Below are positions 56,778 to 64,000 of a DNA stretch of 64,000 bases, piece by piece. A program made the position numbers and the translations under genes. Source of the DNA: a virus; the IMG/VR virus record IMGVR_UViG_3300024265_000031, one strand, 5' to 3'. Each line of letters opens with the position of its first letter. Positions within the stretch are counted from its first letter, which is position 1. The notes below the pieces were generated by a model that was not told the origin of the DNA, made no database searches, and saw only the letters and a program-made list of their open reading frames with translations.

Positions 56778-57741
56778 TGCGTTCTTCGATAAAGATATTT
56801 ATGAAAAAGTTTGTACAGAAAATAAAACTTTGCTTGAAGATTACCTTTTAGAGCTAAAACAAAATCAAAAAAGCGAAGGAACTATTTATCAATATAAACG
56901 CGATATTATGGGGTTTTTTGTTTATGCATATAGAAAATTGGATAATGCAAGTATTTTGACATTTACAAAAAAAGACTTTAGACGCTACTCATTGTATCTT
57001 CAAGATTTAGGATTATCTAATGCAAGACAGAACAGATTGCTTTCTTCTCTTAGATCAATGTTATCGTTTGCGGAAGATGAAGACGACTACGAATACGACA
57101 TAAACATAGCCAAAAAAGTAAGGGGCTTGCCTAAACAGTCAGTCAGGGAAATATTTTATCTTACAGATAATCAAATTCTAAAAATACGAGATGTTCTTAT
57201 GGAACGAAAAGAATACCAAAGAGCGACTCTTCTTATGTTGGCTTATGATTCTTCTGGTAGAAAAAATGAATTGTCTCAGGTTGAAAAACATTCCTTTTAT
57301 GATTCTAAAAAGAGTAGTACAAATAAAGTGATTGGAAAAAGAAAGAAAGTTTTTAGATTGCTTTATTTTTCTGGCACTAAAGAATGTGTTGTAAAATGGT
57401 TGGAACAACGCGGCGAAGACGATATAAATTCTTTGTGGTTCGTTAATAGTGAACGACCAACATCTAATGTTCTTTATGATTGGACGATAGAAATGAGAGA
57501 TATCTTATATGAGATTGATGGGGCAAACATTGATTTTAATCTTCACTCTATGCGTCATGCTTGTCTTCAAAATCTTTCTGATGGTTCTCATTATGTTGCT
57601 AGAGAACTTGGTATAGATGGATTTCCTATTGAGAAGTTGAAATTAATTGCTAATCACATTTCAATAGAGACGACCCAGAGTTACCTCAAAGATAATTCTA
57701 TAGACGAATTAGAAAACATGTTCAATATCAAAATTGATTAA
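56758..57741 (+). CDS. tyrosine recombinase (YomM-like)
   Basis: SAM-like N-terminus; GRKNE, GK..K, HSMRH, NH..I.TT..Y catalytic residues. Confidence 0.9.
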   Translation: MPKNVYNAFFDKDIYEKVCTENKTLLEDYLLELKQNQKSEGTIYQYKRDIMGFFVYAYRKLDNASILTFTKKDFRRYSLYLQDLGLSNARQNRLLSSLRSMLSFAEDEDDYEYDINIAKKVRGLPKQSVREIFYLTDNQILKIRDVLMERKEYQRATLLMLAYDSSGRKNELSQVEKHSFYDSKKSSTNKVIGKRKKVFRLLYFSGTKECVVKWLEQRGEDDINSLWFVNSERPTSNVLYDWTIEMRDILYEIDGANIDFNLHSMRHACLQNLSDGSHYVARELGIDGFPIEKLKLIANHISIETTQSYLKDNSIDELENMFNIKID

Positions 57742-57773
57742 ACAGAGAACTTGCTTCTCTAAATGGAGGGAAT

Positions 57774-60700
57774 ATGGCTGAGAAAGTAAGTGCTCCTGAC
57801 AAATATCAGATTTTAGTAGAAGCGGTTCTTAAAACAACAACGGCTGGAAAAAGCAATGTTCAGACTGGATTAAATAAACTTTCTAAAGAATTAGAACTCA
57901 CAATACATAAAGTTAAAATTAGTGGCAAAGGTCTTGCACATATTAAATCCCAATTGAAAAGCGCTTTATCTGATTTTGATGTTGATTTAGAAAAAATTGA
58001 AAAGGGGGGCGAAGCTGCTGGAAAAGCTCTTGGGATAAATGTTGGAAAAGGATACCAAAAAGCCGCTGCTGGAATTAATAAAATAGTAATTGAAAATGTT
58101 GATGATATTAGAAAATATTATGAGGGATTGGGCTGGCAAGAAATTTCTGCAAAAAAAATATTTGATGATGAAGAAACAAAAAAATATAATGTTACTCTTA
58201 AAAAGATAGTTGGGAATGAACAACAAATTCTAAGAACTAGAGTTGATATTAATAAAAATGGTAAACATTATATTAAACTTTTGGATGAATCGTCAAGATA
58301 TACAAAAAGTATTGCAGATCAAACTAAAACTTGGTCAACTAGACTTGAAGATATAAGAACTAGAAATGCTGATGTTGTTAAATCTAGTAGTGCAGTTAGA
58401 GATAAAATTAGAGAAATTGGAATCAGTATGCAAAAGTTTACTGGTGCAACTGCTGAAAGAGATAAAATAACTCAACAATTTAGAGAATTAAATTTAGAAG
58501 TTAATAAAACAAAAACAGCATTGGCCAGTGCTCACAAACAAGGCATGACTTTTACATCAATGTTGAGTCTTGCACTCAAGAAAATTGTGCTTTGGGGAAT
58601 CGGTACTGCTGTAGTTTATGGAACAATTAGACAAATACAGAAAGCAGTTGGATATGTAAAAGAATTAAATAAAGAGATGACTAATATCCAAATTGTTTCT
58701 GGTGCTTCTGTGCATGAAATAAAGAATCTCGCGCAAGAGTATAACAATTTGGCTATTGCTCTTGGTGTAACAACTTTAGAAGTTACTAAGGGAAGTCTTG
58801 AATGGATACGACAAGGTAAGACAGCAAAAGAAACCGCTGAGTTGTTGCGTGCAAGCACTATGATGGCAACTTTAGGCAATCTTGATCAAGCAGAATCAAC
58901 AGAATATTTAACATCCATTATTAATGGGTATGATTTAGCTTTAGAAGAAGTTATGCCCACCATTGATAAACTTATTGCTCTAGATAATGCTTACGCTACA
59001 AGTGTTGGTGAAATAGCTGCTGCTTTGCGTAGGGCCGCCAATTCGGCGCGTCTTATTCAAATTCCACTTGAAAATGTGGCAGCAATGATTACTGTTGTTT
59101 CTGCCGTGACTAGAAAAAGTGCGGAAAGTATTGGTGAAAGTTTTAAAACAATCTTTTCACGTATGAGAGATGTAAAACTCAATAAAGATATTGATGAAGC
59201 AGGGGAAAGTATATCTGATGTAGAAAAAATACTTGCTAGGTTTGGTATTGAACTTCGAGATAGTAGTCATCAATTTAGAAATATGAATGATGTTCTTGAT
59301 GAAACAAGAGCAAAATGGTTAGAACTAGCTGAAGCAGGAAGGACTGTTGATCAATCTACGATTGCAAAAGCATTTGCTGGTGTTAGACAGGCTGAAAACT
59401 TTATTGCGTTAATGAACAATCAAGAAATGTACATTGAAGCTTTAAAAATTGAAGCAGAAGCACTAGGCACAACAGAAGAAAGATATGAAATTTATGTCAA
59501 TAGTGTTGAAGCTGCTTCCAATCGCCTTATAGCCACTTGGGAAAAATTAGTTGCAAATACTTTTACAGATGAATTATTGAAAAATGTTCTTGGTTTAGGC
59601 GAAGGTATAATAAAATTTGCAGATGCAGTGGGAATTCTTAATTTAGCTTTTGTTGCCCTTGGCATTTATTTAACAGCCAAATTTTCAATTATATTGCCAT
59701 TTGTTGGACAGCAATTAGCTGGACTTTCAGCCGCCTTAAGCATTACAACTGTAGCGGCTGAAGGATTAATGGTTGCGTTATCTGGAGTTGCAATAGTTTT
59801 GGGCATTATTGCCGTTATAGCCCTTGGTAAAATATATAGTAATTGGATAAATGGCGCTGAAATAGCCCGCGAAAAAACTATTGAGTTAAAAAATGAAATT
59901 GATTCTTTAACTCGTTCAATTAAAAAACTTGAAGAAGAGCGAAATTCCGTTAGCTTATTGGCACAAGAATTTGTAGATTTACAACAAGATACTAAAAAAT
60001 CAGCAGATGAGCAAGAAAGATACGTTGAGGTTCAAAATGAACTAAAAGATTTAATTCCTGGTCTTCAAGGATATTATAATGATCTTGGCAATTTTCGTAT
60101 TACTGAAATTGCAGATTTAAAAACCATTATTGAACTGAGAAAAGAAGAATTAAGTTTAATAAAAGAGACGCTTAAAGAAAAAAAAATAGAGGGATTTGAA
60201 GCAGAATTAGAACTTTATGAGGAGCTTATAAAAAAACAAACTAGGCTTCAGGCCCTATCTGATATGGCTGAAATAAGAGTTGCAGATCCTTGGACAGGAT
60301 TGCCAACAACTGATGTTAGTGCCGTTAATGCTGAAAAAGCCAGAAAAGATCTTAAGTCAGTAAGTGATGAAGTAGAGCTTTTTGTAAATAGAACTAAACA
60401 AGAATTTCTTTCTTTAGATGTTGCTACACAAAATCTTTTCTTAGATATGGCTGAAAATTTGGGACGTTCTGATTTGGCTAATGAATTGCGTAAACTTGTG
60501 GGATCTTTTGATGTAATTGCCCAAAGAGCTATGCGTGCATTGCCATTTAATCAACTTGGCGAATTTTTTGATGAATTAAATTTTGTTTTAAGTGAAACTT
60601 TAGATGAACTTATTGACTTCGATAAACAAATATTTTCCATTGTTGATACTATGGAAGAATTTGGCAAAATTAGTGCAGAACAAGTAAAAATACTTGCTGG

Positions 60701-62021
60701 AATATTATCTCCTGCAGATTATGATGCTATAGTTTCTTGGGATGAATTGAATAATGCCTACAAGATAAACATAGGGTTGCTGAAAAGCATATCTATAGCA
60801 AATGTTGATACCGCAATCACTATGGCATATATGGCAGATGCCAGCGATGAAGTGATAGAATCATTAAGGGGATATTTAGAACTTCTTGCCACTGGCGATC
60901 CATTTAAAAAATTTGGAGACAATCTCAAAGAAGTAGAACAAGCAGAAAAAGACTACCAAAAAGCCTTGGAAGACGCAGAAAAAGAACGAGAAAAAGCATA
61001 TCAAGATCTCCTAAAAGCCACAATTTCAATGATCAAACAACGCAAAGAAGAAGAACGCGATGCTTTAAAAGATCAACTTGATGGATATAAAAAAATCATT
61101 GATGCTAGAAAACAAATCATTGATCAAGAAAAGAAAGAACGTGATCATCTAAGGGCAGTTAAAGATCAACAAAAAGAAATTACAAACATTGAAGAAGAAT
61201 TAATGGAACTTCAGTTTGATACCAGCGAAGAAGGAATGAAACGCAGGTTGGAGCTTGAAGAACAATTATTCGAAGAAAAGCGCGACCTTGAAGATGAAGA
61301 ATATGATCATAGTGTTGATAAACAAAAGAGTGCCTTAGACGAAGAATATGATAGGTTTAAGCACATTATTGATAAAAAACTTGATGTCATACAAGCATAT
61401 TTACAACAATCTGGAACCATAGCCATGCAAGCCATTACCATGATTGAAAATAGAAGTGACACATTCTATCAATCATTATTGGAATGGAATAGAATTTATG
61501 GTAGTGGCATAGATAATGATATTGTGGGTGCTTGGAATAGGGCATTTATGGCTGCAAGTCAATATGCAAGTGTTGTTGGGGCTCAACAAACACTCTCTGC
61601 ACTTACTGGCACTGGATATACTGGGTCTTCATGGGGCGCAACGGAAATTGCAAGATTGCAAGCGTTGGGAATGGAATCTAGGGAATATCGCCAAGATCCT
61701 TCTATGATTAGAGGATATCATGAAGGTGGTTTTGTTGGCGGTCTTCCAAAGATAAGATCAAATGAAGAATATGCTAAATTAATGACGGGTGAATTCGTAT
61801 CTAGACCAGATCAAATATCCAATTTTATGAATAAAACATTGCCAAACATTGTTGCTAACACTGGCGGTGATGGCGAAATAACTATACATAATGAATTCAA
61901 TGTTGCTGGAAACTTAGATAAGTCAGTTATTCCTATAATTGATAACAAGATAGCGGAATCTCTCAATAGAATAATGAAAAATCGTGGAATTCGCCGTAAC
62001 GCAAACGCATACAGTATTTAA
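57774..62021 (+). CDS. tail tape measure protein
   Basis: 1415 aa; TP901-type core (IDKL.A.DN.YATS...IGESFKTIFSR), coiled coils, YHEGG C-terminus. Confidence 0.9.
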   Translation: MAEKVSAPDKYQILVEAVLKTTTAGKSNVQTGLNKLSKELELTIHKVKISGKGLAHIKSQLKSALSDFDVDLEKIEKGGEAAGKALGINVGKGYQKAAAGINKIVIENVDDIRKYYEGLGWQEISAKKIFDDEETKKYNVTLKKIVGNEQQILRTRVDINKNGKHYIKLLDESSRYTKSIADQTKTWSTRLEDIRTRNADVVKSSSAVRDKIREIGISMQKFTGATAERDKITQQFRELNLEVNKTKTALASAHKQGMTFTSMLSLALKKIVLWGIGTAVVYGTIRQIQKAVGYVKELNKEMTNIQIVSGASVHEIKNLAQEYNNLAIALGVTTLEVTKGSLEWIRQGKTAKETAELLRASTMMATLGNLDQAESTEYLTSIINGYDLALEEVMPTIDKLIALDNAYATSVGEIAAALRRAANSARLIQIPLENVAAMITVVSAVTRKSAESIGESFKTIFSRMRDVKLNKDIDEAGESISDVEKILARFGIELRDSSHQFRNMNDVLDETRAKWLELAEAGRTVDQSTIAKAFAGVRQAENFIALMNNQEMYIEALKIEAEALGTTEERYEIYVNSVEAASNRLIATWEKLVANTFTDELLKNVLGLGEGIIKFADAVGILNLAFVALGIYLTAKFSIILPFVGQQLAGLSAALSITTVAAEGLMVALSGVAIVLGIIAVIALGKIYSNWINGAEIAREKTIELKNEIDSLTRSIKKLEEERNSVSLLAQEFVDLQQDTKKSADEQERYVEVQNELKDLIPGLQGYYNDLGNFRITEIADLKTIIELRKEELSLIKETLKEKKIEGFEAELELYEELIKKQTRLQALSDMAEIRVADPWTGLPTTDVSAVNAEKARKDLKSVSDEVELFVNRTKQEFLSLDVATQNLFLDMAENLGRSDLANELRKLVGSFDVIAQRAMRALPFNQLGEFFDELNFVLSETLDELIDFDKQIFSIVDTMEEFGKISAEQVKILAGILSPADYDAIVSWDELNNAYKINIGLLKSISIANVDTAITMAYMADASDEVIESLRGYLELLATGDPFKKFGDNLKEVEQAEKDYQKALEDAEKEREKAYQDLLKATISMIKQRKEEERDALKDQLDGYKKIIDARKQIIDQEKKERDHLRAVKDQQKEITNIEEELMELQFDTSEEGMKRRLELEEQLFEEKRDLEDEEYDHSVDKQKSALDEEYDRFKHIIDKKLDVIQAYLQQSGTIAMQAITMIENRSDTFYQSLLEWNRIYGSGIDNDIVGAWNRAFMAASQYASVVGAQQTLSALTGTGYTGSSWGATEIARLQALGMESREYRQDPSMIRGYHEGGFVGGLPKIRSNEEYAKLMTGEFVSRPDQISNFMNKTLPNIVANTGGDGEITIHNEFNVAGNLDKSVIPIIDNKIAESLNRIMKNRGIRRNANAYSI

Positions 62022-62027
62022 CTCAGA

Positions 62028-62060
62028 TAAAAGGGGGATTTTATTTAATCCCCCTTATTA
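62028..62060 (+). terminator. terminator hairpin after the tape measure gene, overlapping a junction palindrome
   Basis: AAGGGGGATT/AATCCCCCTT. Confidence 0.65.
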
Positions 62061-62075
62061 AATCAGGAGGTAACC

Positions 62076-62320
62076 GTCAACTACCGCTCCTTTGTGGAGA
62101 GACTTATAAAAGTCCGCGTTGACCAGCCTAAGTTCTTTGAGAACTACGTTATCAAGAAAGTTTAAGAACGTACGTTGGAATGACCGAGCCAGTTCCAACC
62201 ACTACAACCAAAAAGTTAAACATGTTGAGGGTATAAACAAGTGCTTTTTGGAAACACTGATTGATAACATTGGCGAGGCTCACTTTACCCTCGAAAGAGG
62301 AGATTACAGTAAACCATAAA
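62076..62320 (+). ncRNA. omegaRNA (HEARO) scaffold
   Basis: GTCAAC...GTTGACCAGCCTAAG, CTACGTT and ACATTGGCGAGG conserved blocks upstream of iscB; 3' end approximate. Confidence 0.85.
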
Positions 62321-62329
62321 AGGTAAAAT

Positions 62330-63610
62330 ATGCAAAGAGTATTTGTTTTAGATAGTAATAGAAAACCTCTTGTTCCTTGTCATCCGGCAAGGGCCAGACA
62401 GTTGATGAAGAATGGTAGAGCAAGTGTATTTCGTAAATATCCATTTACGATCATTTTGAATGACAGACTACAAGAAGAATCGACAATGTCTCCAATGAGA
62501 ATCAAGATTGATCCTGGCAGCAGGACAACGGGAATAGCAATTGTACAATTTGGGGGAAAAGTTTTGTGGGTGGCAGAAATAAATCATAGGGGGCAACAAA
62601 TTAAGTTTGGTCTTGAAAGAAGACGAAATCGGCGTCGCAATAGAAGATCTAATTTAAGATATCGTCCTGAAAGATTTAATAATCGTAGTAGATCAAAAAA
62701 ATGGTTGCCCCCAAGTTTGATGAGTAGGGTTCATAATGTTTTTACTTGGACATTTCGTTTATGTCGATATGCTCCAATACAAGCAATTTCGATGGAATTA
62801 ATTCGTTTTGATACCCAAAAAATGCAAAATCCAGAAATTTTAGGAGTTCAATATCAACAAGGTAAACTACAAGGGTATGAAGTAAGAGAATATTTGCTTG
62901 AAAAATGGGGAAGAAAATGTGCTTATTGTAACTCCAAGAATATTCCTTTAGAGATTGAACATATCATTCCTAGGGGCAGGGGAGGAAGCGATAGAGTGGA
63001 TAATTTGACTATTGCTTGTCGATCCTGTAATCTTGCCAAGGGTACACAAACGGCAAAAGAATTTGGATTTTCTAAGATACAAATAAAAGCACGAAAATCT
63101 CTAAGAGATGCTGCAGTTATGAATGCTACTAGATGGAAATTGTGGCAAACATTGAATGAATTTAGTTTGCCTTTAGAAATTGGTACTGGGGGAAGAACAA
63201 AATATAATCGTTTTCTTCAAGGATTGCCTAAGACACATTGGATTGATGCGATATGTGTTGGTAAAACTGGTGCACGCGTATATGTTCCTACAAAAATGAC
63301 ACCTTTAAGTATTAAAGCAAAGCGACATGGGAAAAGACAAATGTGCCTAATGAATAAGTATGGATTTCCAAGAACAAAAGCTAAAAAATCGTCAGTTGTT
63401 CACGGATTTAAGACAAATGATTTAGTTGTGGCAACAATACCTTTTGGAAAGAGATCGGGAACATATATCGGCAGGGTAGCGATTCGTTCAAGAGGATATT
63501 TTCGTGTTGGAAAAATTGATAGTATTCCTTATCAGCATTGTCAAATTTTACAAATGAGTGATGGTTATGAATATGTGGAATCTAAACAATCATTATTGTC
63601 GTTAAAATAA
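62330..63610 (+). CDS. iscB: RNA-guided endonuclease IscB
   Basis: PLVP (PLMP domain), IDPG RuvC-I, Arg-rich bridge helix, ELIRFD RuvC-II, CAYC..EHI.PR..GGS...NL..AC..CN HNH, HWIDA RuvC-III. Confidence 0.95.
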   Translation: MQRVFVLDSNRKPLVPCHPARARQLMKNGRASVFRKYPFTIILNDRLQEESTMSPMRIKIDPGSRTTGIAIVQFGGKVLWVAEINHRGQQIKFGLERRRNRRRNRRSNLRYRPERFNNRSRSKKWLPPSLMSRVHNVFTWTFRLCRYAPIQAISMELIRFDTQKMQNPEILGVQYQQGKLQGYEVREYLLEKWGRKCAYCNSKNIPLEIEHIIPRGRGGSDRVDNLTIACRSCNLAKGTQTAKEFGFSKIQIKARKSLRDAAVMNATRWKLWQTLNEFSLPLEIGTGGRTKYNRFLQGLPKTHWIDAICVGKTGARVYVPTKMTPLSIKAKRHGKRQMCLMNKYGFPRTKAKKSSVVHGFKTNDLVVATIPFGKRSGTYIGRVAIRSRGYFRVGKIDSIPYQHCQILQMSDGYEYVESKQSLLSLK

Positions 63611-63629
63611 AATTTGATTGGAGGGTTTT

Positions 63630-64000
63630 ATGGCATTTTTTGGAAGAAGATTTATTTGGGATGGAACTTCCAGTGATCTATATGGATTATATGTTACTAA
63701 TTTTAAAACTGGTTTAGTAAAGTCTGATGCAGGATCGAATGTTACACCAATTAGAACATTACCCTATCGCAGATCAAAACAATATTTCTTTGGTGTTACA
63801 CAAGATGAAATATTAGAAGTTGATTTGGAATTAACAAGTGCTGGTCGAGTTGATGGTCATATGAGAAGCCTTATGAAAAGGTGGTTATTTGGCAGTATTG
63901 TTGAAAAGAAGTTGCAAATTTTGCAATGCGATATTGATGAAGTTTATTTTAACGGAATTTTGACCAACGTTAAAGATATATATGTGGGCAACATTCATCA
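63630..64000 (+). CDS. distal tail protein (YomH-like), truncated by window edge
   Basis: MAFFGRRFIWDG.SS..YGL...KRWLFG...KKLQI; follows tape measure. Confidence 0.7.
   Translation, partial: MAFFGRRFIWDGTSSDLYGLYVTNFKTGLVKSDAGSNVTPIRTLPYRRSKQYFFGVTQDEILEVDLELTSAGRVDGHMRSLMKRWLFGSIVEKKLQILQCDIDEVYFNGILTNVKDIYVGNIH

Larger units (their letters stand above)
433..62045. repeat. dispersed 20-bp palindrome RATRAAA-N6-TTTYATY at gene junctions (27 copies plus 2 N5 variants)
   Basis: starts at 433, 981, 2317, 2531, 2815, 3135, 3312, 6547, 6896, 7351, 8146, 9003, 10889, 12135, 13722, 14197, 15372, 15657, 16246, 17649, 19028, 21344, 22932, 33274, 43105, 56270, 62026; N5 variants at 2096 and 11307. 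Confidence 0.9.
62076..63629 (+). mobile_element. IS200/IS605-superfamily IscB (OMEGA) element, no tnpA
   Basis: GTCAACTAC left end, omegaRNA, iscB; flanked by an orphan RBS on the left and the next gene's ATG on the right. Confidence 0.85.

Noticed and set aside
56758-57741. Prophage integrase marking an att boundary
   Set aside because: Phage late genes continue on both sides; no host genes or att repeat seen.
62119-62319. 66-aa ORF upstream of iscB
   Set aside because: Coincides with the omegaRNA scaffold and has no RBS.
62330-63610. Cas9 or TnpB
   Set aside because: 426 aa with PLMP-like N-terminus, HNH and upstream omegaRNA, and no array: this is IscB.

Overview
The window is a 64-kb piece of a large, AT-rich dsDNA tailed phage with an SPbeta-like organisation; no host genes or attachment boundary are visible. 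Left arm (1 to ~23.4 kb, minus strand): an early/accessory region of about 60 mostly small ORFs under near-consensus sigma70/sigmaA promoters. It includes four CCA-less tRNAs, a CCA-adding/HD enzyme, a GHKL ATPase-HEXXH fusion, a UvrD-like helicase and a solo DUF262 (ParB/Srx-like) gene beside a GC-rich 36-bp tandem array. Middle (23.4-26.4 kb): a 1.4-kb non-coding AT-rich region, a YonV-like helicase-fold gene and divergent promoters. Right arm (plus strand): a YonO-like single-subunit RNA polymerase (probable AUU start), HU, GH25 endolysin, metallophosphoesterase, a terminase large subunit split by a group I intron encoding an HNH nuclease, portal, protease/scaffold, capsid, a free-standing HNH, neck/tail genes, holin, RuvC-like resolvase, tyrosine recombinase and tape measure. 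An IscB/omegaRNA element appears inserted between the RBS and start codon of the distal tail gene. The most striking unexplained feature is a 20-bp palindrome, RATRAAA-N6-TTTYATY, found at least 27 times, almost always at gene-gene junctions and with a different 6-bp core each time. It could be a cassette-recombination site or a genome-wide operator. All calls come from reading motifs by eye; no database searches were run.
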